From Bradymonadales bacterium (lineage in GTDB: Bacteria > Bdellovibrionota > UBA2394): a stretch of DNA of 20,000 nt. Positions within the stretch are counted from its first letter, which is position 1, and the number at the start of each line of letters is the position of its first letter. This document shows, piece by piece, positions 7,847-16,869 of this stretch. Position numbers and translations under genes: made by a program. The DNA is taken from assembly GCA_007693605.1 (NCBI GenBank), contig REDG01000046.1:51060-71059 (forward strand), written 5' to 3'. The notes beneath the pieces were generated by a model that did not search any database, had not been told where the DNA came from, and saw only the letters and a list, made by a program, of their open reading frames with translations.

Positions 7847-8605
7847 ATGCTGATCGAATGTCTAAAAAGAAAATCCTTTCCCTCCCCCCTTCTGATTGAA
7901 GGTCGTGAGCTTTCTGGCATTCTCTTGGATTATAAGAGGTTTGCTCTTTGTGAAACTCAGACGGCCTGCGGTGATTGCCGATCTTGCAAACAGGTCTTGA
8001 AGGCTTTTCATCCTGACCTGCTAGAGGCCAAAGGAGATCTGAAGATGGAAGAGCTCAGAAGCCTCTTGCATCGACTTCGACAAAAACCCCTGCAATCAAA
8101 GGCTCGACTTCTTTGCCTCACGGAATTCCAGATGGCCAGCAAACAAGTTCAGAACGCTTTGTTGAAAACTTTGGAGGAACCCCTTGAGTCTTGGCTGATC
8201 GTTCTTAGCACTCAGTCCGCAGGCAAGGCGCTTCCGACCCTAAGATCTCGTTGCCTCGTCTTTCGTATGGGTTCCGAAGAGTCTGAAGCAAAAGCCCCTC
8301 TCTCTGAATTAGAAGCGGAAATTTTTGAACTCATTCAAGAAGAACGGGATTGGGTTCTACAGCAAAAGATCGAGAGCTGCCTGAAAAAGAGGGAGCAGTC
8401 TCGATCCGTATTTAGTCGGCTCTTACAAAAGGCCTCAGAGAAAAACTATCCGGGGCATTGGCTTTATCTTTCAGAGCCCTTGCTAGAGGCGATTGAACAG
8501 CTAGACAGAAACTTGAATCCAAAAACCTGCTGGGAATTCGCTTGGACGAGGAGCTTGCAAGAGGCCAAGAAGCTTCGCTTCTCTGGAAGGCGCCTCTCTC
8601 TGTAG
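7847..8605 (+). CDS. holB: DNA polymerase III delta-prime subunit (short)
   Basis: C...CGDCRSC Zn module, HPDL, NALLKTLEEP, LPTLRSRC. tmk-holB-tatD synteny. Confidence 0.88.
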   Translation: MLIECLKRKSFPSPLLIEGRELSGILLDYKRFALCETQTACGDCRSCKQVLKAFHPDLLEAKGDLKMEELRSLLHRLRQKPLQSKARLLCLTEFQMASKQVQNALLKTLEEPLESWLIVLSTQSAGKALPTLRSRCLVFRMGSEESEAKAPLSELEAEIFELIQEERDWVLQQKIESCLKKREQSRSVFSRLLQKASEKNYPGHWLYLSEPLLEAIEQLDRNLNPKTCWEFAWTRSLQEAKKLRFSGRRLSL

Positions 8606-8617
8606 TATGGAGTTGAA

Positions 8618-9430
8618 ATGCTGAAAACTTCCCGTTGGATCGACACTCACGCCCACTTAAGCTCAGATGATTTCGAGAAAGATCGACAAGAGGTCCTTCA
8701 GCGCGCCCTTGAAACCTGTGAGTATCTTGTAGAGATTGGGGCAGGCACTGCCGAAGACGCGCCCATTCGAGCTAAAGCCTTGGCGGAAGAAAACGATCGA
8801 ATTTTTTTTACGGCCGGAGTGCATCCACACGACGCCAAAGAAGTTTCTTCCGAAGACAATCTGAGGCAAGTCATCACTCCCCATTTTTCTCACCCCAAAT
8901 GCGTGGCCGTCGGAGAGTGTGGGCTCGACTATCACTACGACAACTCTCCTCGAGACAAGCAACGAGAAGTTTTCAGTTGGCAGATTGGTTTTGCAAAGGA
9001 GTTTTCATTACCTCTGAGTATTCACAGCCGTGAGGCTGAAGAAGACACCAAAAAGGCTCTGACAGACTTCGACGGGCAGGCCGTCTTTCACTGCTTCACC
9101 GGCAGCTGGGACATGGCTCGCTTCGGAGTTGAAAAGGGCTTCTTCATTTCTTTTTCGGGCATCGTGACCTTCAAGGCGGCGAAGGACTTGCAAGAGACCG
9201 TGAAAAAGCTTCCCTTAGAGAATCTTCTCGTTGAAACAGATGCACCCTTTCTTGCCCCCATCCCGATGCGAGGAAAGAGAAATGAGTCGAGCTTTATCGA
9301 ACATACTGCGGACTTTATTGCCAAACTGCGGGGGATCGATCCTCAGGAGTTGTCGATGAAGCTGAAGCAGAACTCGCTTCGGCTCTTCTCAAAAATCTCA
9401 GAGTGGTCTGATCGGAAGATGGGCCCCTAG
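8618..9430 (+). CDS. tatD: TatD-family metal-dependent hydrolase/DNase
   Basis: IDTHAH, GVHPH, AVGECGLDY, IHSREA, HCF, ETDAPFLAP. GGAG Shine-Dalgarno upstream. Confidence 0.95.
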   Translation: MLKTSRWIDTHAHLSSDDFEKDRQEVLQRALETCEYLVEIGAGTAEDAPIRAKALAEENDRIFFTAGVHPHDAKEVSSEDNLRQVITPHFSHPKCVAVGECGLDYHYDNSPRDKQREVFSWQIGFAKEFSLPLSIHSREAEEDTKKALTDFDGQAVFHCFTGSWDMARFGVEKGFFISFSGIVTFKAAKDLQETVKKLPLENLLVETDAPFLAPIPMRGKRNESSFIEHTADFIAKLRGIDPQELSMKLKQNSLRLFSKISEWSDRKMGP

Positions 9431-9448
9431 AGGCTTGGGGAAGTTGAT

Positions 9449-10480
9449 ATGAAACTGAATCCTTCTAAAGATTTTTTGTTGGTTACCGGAGGTTGCGGCT
9501 ATATTGGATCTCATACGACCGTCGTTCTCCAAAAGGCTGGGTTTCAGGTTCTGATTCTGGACAATTTGAAGAACAGCAAGCCGAAGGTTCTTTCTCGTAT
9601 TCAAGAGATTACAGGTCAGAGACCGGAGTTTGTCGAAGGAGACATTCGAGACGCCAAAGGCTTAGAGGCTTTGTTTCAGAAGTATCGAGTTTCGGCTTGC
9701 CTTCATTTTGCCGGACTCAAAGCTGTGGGAGAATCCGTTGAACAGCCCTTGAACTACTACGAAAATAATGTGCAAGGCAGCCTTCAGCTTTTTAAGGCGA
9801 TGAAGGAAGCGGGAGTAAAGCGACTTGTGTTTTCTTCGTCTGCGACTGTTTACGGACAGCCCAAAAGCTTGCCTCTCTCTGAGTCTGCCAGTCGTCAGGC
9901 GGAAAATCCCTATGGCCAAACCAAGCTCATGATCGAACATATTTTGGAAGATCTATGCCGATCAGACTTGGATTGGAGCGTGATGAGTCTCCGCTACTTT
10001 AATCCGGTCGGCGCTCACCCGAGTGGAATGATCGGGGAAGACCCCTTAGGAATTCCCAACAACCTAATGCCCTATATTTCACAGGTGGCCGTCGGCCGAA
10101 GAAAGAAGCTTCAAGTTTTTGGCAATGACTATCCCACTTCAGATGGAACGGGGATCAGAGACTATATTCATGTGATGGATTTAGCAGAAGGACATTTGGC
10201 CGCTCTACGAGCCGCTTTCGAATCGACCGGCTTTCAGGCCCTGAATCTTGGCACCGGAAAGGCTGCGTCTGTTCTTGAACTTGTGCAAGCTTTTGAACAG
10301 GCCTCTGGAGTCAAGATTGACTACGAAATCGTTCAGCGAAGACCCGGTGATATCGCAGAGTGCTGGGCCGACCCTCGTCTTGCCCGAGAGAAGCTAAACT
10401 GGAGTTGTCAGAGAGGCCTTATTGAAATGTGCGCTGATTCATGGAACTGGCAGCAAAAGAATCCACAGGGCTACGATTAA
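9449..10480 (+). CDS. galE: UDP-glucose 4-epimerase
   Basis: LVTGGCGYIGSHT, HFAGLKAVGES, FSSSATVYG, YGQTK (YxxxK), RYFNPVGAH, PNNLMPY, RDYIHVMDLA. Confidence 0.97.
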   Translation: MKLNPSKDFLLVTGGCGYIGSHTTVVLQKAGFQVLILDNLKNSKPKVLSRIQEITGQRPEFVEGDIRDAKGLEALFQKYRVSACLHFAGLKAVGESVEQPLNYYENNVQGSLQLFKAMKEAGVKRLVFSSSATVYGQPKSLPLSESASRQAENPYGQTKLMIEHILEDLCRSDLDWSVMSLRYFNPVGAHPSGMIGEDPLGIPNNLMPYISQVAVGRRKKLQVFGNDYPTSDGTGIRDYIHVMDLAEGHLAALRAAFESTGFQALNLGTGKAASVLELVQAFEQASGVKIDYEIVQRRPGDIAECWADPRLAREKLNWSCQRGLIEMCADSWNWQQKNPQGYD

Positions 10481-10491
10481 GAGATGAGCCT

Positions 10492-11271
10492 TTAGCGCCA
10501 CCCTCCTCTTTTATAAAGCCGAGCCCAGAATAGATATACGATCGTCGCCAAAGCGAGAATCGAAATGATCTGAGAGGTCGAGATCGAATCTTGAAGATAG
10601 AGACCTCGATCTTTGTCCCCCCTCAAAAACTCTAGAAAAAATCGAAACACGGCATAGGAGCCCCCTCCGACAAGGGCCAAGAAGCCTGGCTTCAGGTTCG
10701 TTCTGCGCCCCCAGATGATCAGAGTCAAACACAGACCAAAGGCAAAAAGAGATTCCAAAATTTGAGTGGGATGCAAAACTAGATGACTTGGAGCTGCAGC
10801 TTCAGGCTTCCTAAAAATAATCCCCCACCACCAATCGGTGACCGATCCGTAGCAACACCCGGCTGAGAGACAGCCTAAACGACCAATCCCCAAGCCAAGA
10901 AAGAAACTTGTCACTAAAAGATCAGCCCAAGTCCAAAGATCTTGGCCCCTTCGCTTTAAGACAAAAATGGCGACCGGCACAGAGGCCAAGACTCCCCCAT
11001 ACAAGACAAAACCACCCTGCCAAAAGTAGAGGACGGCCAGAGGATTCTCTAGATAATAGTCGAAGGCCTCAAAGAAAATGTGGAAGAGCCTCGCCCCCAA
11101 AAACCCAGAAATGAACAACAATATTCCTAAATCGATTGCCAGAACAGGCGACAAAGACTTTGACCGAGCCAATCGACTGAGCAGTAAAATGCCAAAAAAG
11201 AAGGCCGACAGATAAAGTAAAAAGTAAGTGGGAGTCTCAATGATCGTTTCACTAAATAGAACCGGAAGCAT
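10492..11271 (-). CDS. lgt: Prolipoprotein diacylglyceryl transferase
   Basis: Multi-TM protein with GARLFH, WQGGFVLYGG, GRLGC..AGCCYG, HPTQILE, RFFLEFLRGD. Follows lspA. Confidence 0.95.
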   Translation of the reverse strand: MLPVLFSETIIETPTYFLLYLSAFFFGILLLSRLARSKSLSPVLAIDLGILLFISGFLGARLFHIFFEAFDYYLENPLAVLYFWQGGFVLYGGVLASVPVAIFVLKRRGQDLWTWADLLVTSFFLGLGIGRLGCLSAGCCYGSVTDWWWGIIFRKPEAAAPSHLVLHPTQILESLFAFGLCLTLIIWGRRTNLKPGFLALVGGGSYAVFRFFLEFLRGDKDRGLYLQDSISTSQIISILALATIVYLFWARLYKRGGWR

Positions 11272-11274
11272 GCA

Positions 11275-11799
11275 TCAACTCGCTCTCAGTCGCCTCTTTT
11301 GAAGCCATTGCCAAAAGACAGTTCCTAAAATCAGAACGACCCCCACGCTGATTGCAGAGTCAGCCACATTGAAAGCCGGCCAGCTGAAGTTTCGGTAAAA
11401 CACATGCACAAAATCAGTGACCTCGCCAAAGAAAACTCGATCAATCACATTTCCAAGGGCTCCACCCAGAATCAAAGACAGGCCGATTCTCTGAAGCCTC
11501 TCACGCACAGGCGTGGAACCAAGCCAGTTCAACAACAACCAAACACAAACCAAGGTGACGATACCGAAGAAGATCGCTCGAAAGGCCGGACTCGCATCAT
11601 GAAAAATACCAAAAGCCGCCCCTCGGTTCTTGATGTGAACGAGTTCGAAAAAACTCAAAAGCTCAATCTTCGACCCCAAAGGCATCGTCCAAATCACAAT
11701 CCACTTAGTGAGTTGATCTAAAACCAAGACGCCAAAGCAAATCCAAATATGCAGAGGGGATCTCAAAAGCTTCCAATCAAATTTCTGTGCCGCGTTCAA
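11275..11799 (-). CDS. lspA: Lipoprotein signal peptidase II
   Basis: LDQLTK, NRGAAFG, GALGNVIDR, VTDF, WPAFNVAD. Start reassigned to TTG 11799, which overlaps the upstream TGA (TTGA); the exact start is uncertain. Confidence 0.93.
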   Translation of the reverse strand: MNAAQKFDWKLLRSPLHIWICFGVLVLDQLTKWIVIWTMPLGSKIELLSFFELVHIKNRGAAFGIFHDASPAFRAIFFGIVTLVCVWLLLNWLGSTPVRERLQRIGLSLILGGALGNVIDRVFFGEVTDFVHVFYRNFSWPAFNVADSAISVGVVLILGTVFWQWLQKRRLRAS

Positions 11800-12662
11800 A
11801 TCTTCACCAATTCTTTCTCTGATCTTAAGCTGTTTTTCAGTTGGTCGCGAAAGGATGCCTGTAGCTCCATTGTGCCATGAAATTCTTTCCAATAGTAGCT
11901 TCGGCCAATCAAGTCTCTCAGCTCTTGAATGGGCAAAAGCTCCTTCAGAGTAGACAGGGCAAAAATCTCGTCGATCTCTCCTAATCTTTCCCAGCTCCAA
12001 GCTTCTTCTTTTACATTCTCGACGCGAAGAAAGTGCTCTCGTGTCACTCCCTTCAGAATGCCCATCTCCAGAGGCGGTGTGTACAAAGTCGACTTTGAAA
12101 TCCATGCAATATTGCTTGTCGTGAGTTCACAAAGCGAATCATCTAAACTCAAAAACAAGGCATCTTCATAGCCTGCATCAAGCGCCTCATGATAAGCCAT
12201 CACGCTGTTCAAATAGTTTCCGCTCTTGATGGCTGGGTCGAGTGTTCTCGGATGATTGCGACGCACACTCGGAATCATGACTCGAAAGGGCTTGAGTGTC
12301 TCCTGTGCAGGAAGCTCCCATATCGCCATAAAAACTTGGGGGCTCTTACAGGTGGTAGGGTTGATGTGCAAAATCCCTTCCCCCCGAGTGATGATAATTC
12401 TCAGGGCCGCTTCAGGCTTAGCAAAAGCCTTGACCAGTTTTTCCGCCTGGGGCCTTAGGTTGGTCCGAAGGCCTTCAAATGAAAACTTCAAGCGACCGGC
12501 ACTTCGCTCCAATCGATCAAAGTGCTCTTGCCAAGCAAAGAATCTGCCTTGATAGATGCGCACCACCTCGTAAATGGAATCTCCAAACAAAAAACCATGA
12601 TCTAAAATCGAAAGATTTGGGGGATCGGCCACAATCTCGCCCTTTTGATTCAAGAACAACAT
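11796..12662 (-). CDS. PLP-dependent aminotransferase class IV (D-amino-acid/branched-chain aminotransferase or ADC-lyase family)
   Basis: LDHGFLFGDSIYE, HFDRLERSA, RIIITRG, KSGNYL, ELTTSNI, GILKGVTR. Start reassigned to ATG 12662. Confidence 0.92.
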   Translation of the reverse strand: MLFLNQKGEIVADPPNLSILDHGFLFGDSIYEVVRIYQGRFFAWQEHFDRLERSAGRLKFSFEGLRTNLRPQAEKLVKAFAKPEAALRIIITRGEGILHINPTTCKSPQVFMAIWELPAQETLKPFRVMIPSVRRNHPRTLDPAIKSGNYLNSVMAYHEALDAGYEDALFLSLDDSLCELTTSNIAWISKSTLYTPPLEMGILKGVTREHFLRVENVKEEAWSWERLGEIDEIFALSTLKELLPIQELRDLIGRSYYWKEFHGTMELQASFRDQLKNSLRSEKELVKI

Positions 12663-12669
12663 GCGTCTA

Positions 12670-12698
12670 AGCCTAGTCTTGGTGTCTGAAAAATCCAA
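12670..12698 (-). promoter_or_regulatory. Putative sigma70 promoter (leaderless) for aminotransferase-lspA-lgt
   Basis: TTGGAT-17 nt-TAGGCT-7 nt-ATG 12662. Confidence 0.55.
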
Positions 12699-12748
12699 GA
12701 AAAAGCAGGGCCTTTGCGACGCGGCAAGACCGAATTCAATAGCCTGCC

Positions 12749-12754
12749 TATAAT
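12749..12754 (+). promoter_or_regulatory. Putative -10 box (leaderless) for the HExxH gene
   Basis: Consensus TATAAT, 6 nt before GTG 12761. Confidence 0.55.
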
Positions 12755-12760
12755 GAAGGG

Positions 12761-13288
12761 GTGAAGTGCTTTAAGGCCTCTTCTGAGGAACCAGAAATTC
12801 TCCTTTTTGACTCGGTGGATGAGATCCGAAAGGAGCTGGGCTTCGTTGGAACTCATGGGGTCTTTGACCCCAATGAGTTTAAGATCTATGCCACTCTGCA
12901 AAGTCTTCCTCACGAAATTGGACATTATAAAGACTTCCGTTCCGGAAGAATGAGGCCTCCACATCTTGAAGGCTCTGTAGAAACTAAGAATCTGGCAAGA
13001 TTGAGAAATGAGATGGTCGCCACCCTCTATGCCTGGAAGAAAACCGCAGACCCAACATTTCTACTTCCATATGAGAGAGAGTTTATCGAGTGGGTCTACT
13101 TCCAGATTGATCGGGGGCACTCGCTCCACACACACGAGCTGAAAGACTGGAGCTTCTCTGACATTCAGGACTTTGTAGAACACTTCATCGCAAACAAGCC
13201 CACCGAACTAAAGAAGCTAAGGACCTTGTTCGCCCACTATCTCGATAGGATTCCTAGTCAGCCCGAACTTCAAGCCTGGGTGTTTTAG
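12761..13288 (+). CDS. Hypothetical protein, putative zinc metallopeptidase (HExxH + distal Glu, ImmA/IrrE-like pattern)
   Basis: Fills the gap between neighbouring genes. HEIGH at aa 51-55, NEMVATLYA with Glu at aa 84, GVFDP strand before the motif. Confidence 0.65.
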   Translation: MKCFKASSEEPEILLFDSVDEIRKELGFVGTHGVFDPNEFKIYATLQSLPHEIGHYKDFRSGRMRPPHLEGSVETKNLARLRNEMVATLYAWKKTADPTFLLPYEREFIEWVYFQIDRGHSLHTHELKDWSFSDIQDFVEHFIANKPTELKKLRTLFAHYLDRIPSQPELQAWVF

Positions 13289-14661
13289 GGCCAGATCTTG
13301 TCCATCATTCTTGGGAAGGGCACACACTCTCTCACATGAGGAACGCCGGCAATCCATCCCAAAGTTCGCTCAAGACCTAAACCAAAACCCGAGTGAGGCA
13401 CCGAGCCAAAACGCCGCAGGTCCAAATACCACTCAAAGGCGTCCTTCGAAAGATTGTGCTCTTGAATTTTCTTCTCCAACACACTGAGATCACTCTCTCG
13501 CTCACTTCCCCCAATAATCTCGCCTACTCCCTCGGGAGCAATCACATCCATGCACAAAGCCAACCGGTCATCTTCTGGGTCTTCTCTCATATAGAAAGCC
13601 TTAATCGACTTGGGATAGCGATGAATAATCACCGGGCGATCAAACTCTTCTGAAATGGCGGTCTCTTCGTCACCCCCGAAATCATCCCCAAACTTTACAG
13701 GAAACTTTTTCTTGATCAGAATCTCAATCGCTTCCTCGTATCGAATTCGAGGAAAGGGCTTCTTTATCTTTTCAAGCGCAGAAACAGATCTCTCTAGGGT
13801 GGCCAGCTCATGGGGACAATTCTGAACACAACGCTGAACAATTGATTCAATAAAGTCTTCCGCTAAATCCATATCCCCTTGCAAGTCCATAAAGGCCACC
13901 TCAGGCTCAACCATCCAGAACTCAGCCAAATGGCGTCGGGTTTTGGATTTCTCCGCCCGAAAGGTCGGGCCAAAGCAATAAACTTTTCCGCAAGCTAAGG
14001 CAGAGGCTTCGGCATAGAGCTGCCCACTTTGAGTCAGATAGGCGACTGAATCAAAATAGGGCGTTTCAAAAAGAGTGGAGGTCCCCTCGCAAGCGTTGGG
14101 GGTCAAGATAGGAGAGTCCACGAGGCGAAAGGCCTTCGAATCAAAATAGTCTCGAATCGCCTTGATCAGCTCTGCCCGCAGCCTCATCAGCGCAACCTGC
14201 TTCGAGCTTCGAAGCCACAAATGCCGATGCTGCATCAAAAAGGCAACTCCATGCTCCTTCTTTCCAATCGGATAATCCACTGTCGAATGCAGCACCTCCA
14301 ATTGACTCAAAACCAATTCAAATCCAATTTTTGAACGATCGTCTTTCTTCACAAGACCACGAAGAACCACACTGGTCTCGAGACTCAAACCGCGAATCTT
14401 AGAGAAAACTTCTTCGCCCACATCCTTAGGGCTGGCCACACACTGAATCACGCCTGTCCCGTCCCTGAGCTGCAAGAAGGCGACTTTACCCGAACTTCGA
14501 AGATTCTGAACCCAGCCTCGAAGGCAAACTTCCTGGTTATCAAAATGAACGATACTCTCAATCAGAGCGTTTTCCGGATCGTCTCTTCCGTTGGACAAGG
14601 GGTCACGAAATGGATTTAGTTTTCTTTCAGTCATCTCAGGAGCTTCTCTTTTTAGCTTCAT
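13285..14661 (-). CDS. asnS: Asparagine--tRNA ligase
   Basis: OB fold (GWVQNLRSSGKVAFLQLRDGTG), TFRAEKSKTRRHLAEFWMVEPE, EIIGGSERE, PHSGFGLGLER. An alternative ATG lies at 14634. Confidence 0.96.
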   Translation of the reverse strand: MKLKREAPEMTERKLNPFRDPLSNGRDDPENALIESIVHFDNQEVCLRGWVQNLRSSGKVAFLQLRDGTGVIQCVASPKDVGEEVFSKIRGLSLETSVVLRGLVKKDDRSKIGFELVLSQLEVLHSTVDYPIGKKEHGVAFLMQHRHLWLRSSKQVALMRLRAELIKAIRDYFDSKAFRLVDSPILTPNACEGTSTLFETPYFDSVAYLTQSGQLYAEASALACGKVYCFGPTFRAEKSKTRRHLAEFWMVEPEVAFMDLQGDMDLAEDFIESIVQRCVQNCPHELATLERSVSALEKIKKPFPRIRYEEAIEILIKKKFPVKFGDDFGGDEETAISEEFDRPVIIHRYPKSIKAFYMREDPEDDRLALCMDVIAPEGVGEIIGGSERESDLSVLEKKIQEHNLSKDAFEWYLDLRRFGSVPHSGFGLGLERTLGWIAGVPHVRECVPFPRMMDKIWP

Positions 14662-15772
14662 GAAGTTTCACCATGCCTCCGTCTACAAGTCTCTGCAAGA
14701 TTCTTAAGGACTCCATCTCTCCTAGGGGAGAAATCATTATCAAGCTTTTTACATCCCACTCTCCGTTGATCCGAGAGGCCAAATAGCCCTCCTTTGAACT
14801 GAAGATCTCTTCATTCAGATCCGAAAAGTCCATGGTCAGCACCGGAATCGAGTTGGGTGGGCAAAGCTCGTATAGATACTTCAAATAAGACTCTCGAACC
14901 ACTGCAAACAGTGTTTGACCCTCTTCGTCTGTCGGCTTCGAAGCCACAAAGTTCTCAAGAATAGAGTAAGCATCTGCCAACTTTTTGGATCGGTAGAGAT
15001 CGGCGGCTTTCTTCAGTTCCGCCTGAAAATCTTGAATCTTCTTCTCTGGCTCTCGTTCGACTTCCCCAACGGCCTGAATATACTCTCCCCAATAGAGTTT
15101 TCCGAAAGCCTCATAACCTCGATACTCGGGGGCATGAGTGTCCAAAAGAATTCTCTGGATACTCTTCTTGCCATCAATTTGCTCGTAAATTTTAGAAACG
15201 ATTGGATCCTTTCCAAAGTCTTTGATTTCCCTCTTCCCCCCTTTGTAAGCGAAGATCATGTCGTCTCTCGGAAATTCCTTTCGAAACTCCCTCCACTCGT
15301 CGACCCTCCTCGCTCCTTCGAACAACACCTGATCAATCTGGATGGCCGTCTCTAGGCGGTTGTGTTGCATCAAGCCCGTGATGCCTTCGGTATAGACGAA
15401 CTTGCCAGTGTCCCACAGAAAGATGTTATAGATAGTTTCCTCAATCTTGATGCGAATACTCTTAAGTACGACCTCCTCCGTTAGGGAGAAATTCTCCACC
15501 AAGATTTTACCCAGAAGCTTGTTTTTTTCCTTTTGAAGCTTGAACGCTTCCTCTAAGCCCTCTTCGTCTAAGCTTCCAAAGCAGATTAAAATCTGACCAA
15601 GGTACTCTCTTGGGTCATTCGAACTCGCCGAAATGATAAGGCCGTTTTCGACAAAGACTTTTTTGACAACACCCCGTCGCTCAAAAATTAAAGTGCCCGT
15701 CTTCTGACTCATCTGAAGCCACTGCAGCAACTCCGGTAAAGCCATGGTTGATAATGAACCCGAAACAGACAC
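14636..15772 (-). CDS. DUF4388 (PatA_N) domain protein with MshEN-like tandem motif
   Basis: GSLSTMALPELLQWLQMSQKTGTL, LGQIL...LGKIL, FLWDTGKFVY, LFEGARRVDEW. GGAGGT Shine-Dalgarno 8 nt before the GTG. Confidence 0.85.
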   Translation of the reverse strand: MSVSGSLSTMALPELLQWLQMSQKTGTLIFERRGVVKKVFVENGLIISASSNDPREYLGQILICFGSLDEEGLEEAFKLQKEKNKLLGKILVENFSLTEEVVLKSIRIKIEETIYNIFLWDTGKFVYTEGITGLMQHNRLETAIQIDQVLFEGARRVDEWREFRKEFPRDDMIFAYKGGKREIKDFGKDPIVSKIYEQIDGKKSIQRILLDTHAPEYRGYEAFGKLYWGEYIQAVGEVEREPEKKIQDFQAELKKAADLYRSKKLADAYSILENFVASKPTDEEGQTLFAVVRESYLKYLYELCPPNSIPVLTMDFSDLNEEIFSSKEGYLASRINGEWDVKSLIMISPLGEMESLRILQRLVDGGMVKLHEAKKRSS

Positions 15773-15789
15773 TTCAATTAACCTCCCCT

Positions 15790-16170
15790 TTAAAGATAAG
15801 CGATCGCCTCAACTTCAACCAAGACATCTTTGGGAAGTCGAGCCACTTCGAATGTGGCGCGAGCGGGCTTCGTTTCAGAAAAAAACTTTCCATAGACTTC
15901 ATTAAAGTCCCCAAAATCGCTCATGTTCTTTAGTAGGCAGGTTGTTTTTACAATGCTCGACAGACTTCCCCCAGCGGCTTCGACCACAGCCTTCAAATTA
16001 AGACATACCCTCTCAGTCTGCTCTCGAATCCCTCCGGCCACCAAGCTCTGATCCTTTGGATCTAGCGGAATCTGACCCGACAAATAAAGCGTGTTTCCAA
16101 CCTTCTTGGCCTGTGAGTAGGGCCCTAAGGCTTGGGGCGCTTCGCGAGTTTCAATGGTCTCAATGTTCAT
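15790..16170 (-). CDS. ridA: RidA/YjgF/UK114 enamine-imine deaminase
   Basis: APQALGPYSQA, SGQIPLDP, FNEVY, PARATFEVARLP, VEVEAIA. ATG 16170 has an AAGGAGG Shine-Dalgarno and an ATGA overlap with hpt. Confidence 0.95.
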   Translation of the reverse strand: MNIETIETREAPQALGPYSQAKKVGNTLYLSGQIPLDPKDQSLVAGGIREQTERVCLNLKAVVEAAGGSLSSIVKTTCLLKNMSDFGDFNEVYGKFFSETKPARATFEVARLPKDVLVEVEAIAYL

Positions 16171-16709
16171 TTCTGTCCTCCTTCGTAAATCACCACTTCC
16201 TTCAAATGCCTCCATCTCCCATTAAAGTCGAGGCCGTAACCGACCACAAAGTGGTCCTCAATAGAAAATCCCAAGAAGTCGATCGGCACCTTTTTTTCTT
16301 CCCGAGAGGGCTTATGTAAAAAGCTGCACAGCTTCAGTGACTTCGGCTTTCTATCCCCAAGACTCTCTAGAAGAAAACTGGCTGTTAGTCCTGTGTCAAC
16401 AATGTCCTCAACAATCAGACAGTTTCGCCCCTTCAAGTCAGCACGAATATCTTTGACGATCTCGACCTTGCCCGAAGAGCTTGAACCTTCGTAGGACTTC
16501 AACTGTATAAAATCAATCTCGCTAGGAACGGACAACTCTCTTACCAGGTCCGCGGCAAACACAAAGCTCCCACTCAAAACAGGAATCACCAATAAGGGCT
16601 CCTCGTCCGACAATAGCGCTTTATAAGTCGCCGACACCTCTGACCCGAGGCTGGCCACTCGATCCTGAATCTGTGTTTCTGAAATCAAAACCTTCATCGA
16701 CTCTGTCAT
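16167..16709 (-). CDS. hpt: Hypoxanthine phosphoribosyltransferase
   Basis: VLSGSFVFAADL, LIVEDIVDTGLT (PRPP loop), FVVGYGLD. The start is ATG 16709 or 16697. Confidence 0.95.
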   Translation of the reverse strand: MTESMKVLISETQIQDRVASLGSEVSATYKALLSDEEPLLVIPVLSGSFVFAADLVRELSVPSEIDFIQLKSYEGSSSSGKVEIVKDIRADLKGRNCLIVEDIVDTGLTASFLLESLGDRKPKSLKLCSFLHKPSREEKKVPIDFLGFSIEDHFVVGYGLDFNGRWRHLKEVVIYEGGQK

Positions 16710-16854
16710 CCTCCGCCTTTCTGAGACCGCCACCAAGGCCCCCCAAAATGGGGAGCTATCTCTGGCAGCCTAGACGAAGAGCTTCAAAAAGATGATGAAA
16801 AAAAGACGGCCATTTTCAGGGGCTTATGCCCCCGGTGCGAAAATGCCCTATCCA

Positions 16855-16863
16855 TGCTAGATT
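16855..16863 (+). promoter_or_regulatory. Putative extended -10 promoter (leaderless) for the HD-GYP gene
   Basis: TGcTAGATT, 6 nt before ATG 16870. Confidence 0.55.
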
Positions 16864-16869
16864 CCGTCC

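Noticed and set aside
11800..12105. N-terminal extension of LspA in the ORF track
   Set aside because: It overlaps the aminotransferase CDS in another frame and has no LspA-like sequence.
12663..12698. TTG start of the aminotransferase at 12698
   Set aside because: That TTG fits better as the -35 box. ATG 12662 gives a family-like N-terminus.
12650..12964. 104-aa minus-strand ORF
   Set aside because: It overlaps the better-supported HExxH gene and both promoter candidates, and has no motifs.
16171..16215. Longer ridA start at 16215 (and hpt TTG start at 16736)
   Set aside because: ATG 16170 has a strong Shine-Dalgarno and an ATGA overlap. The extensions lack family-like sequence.
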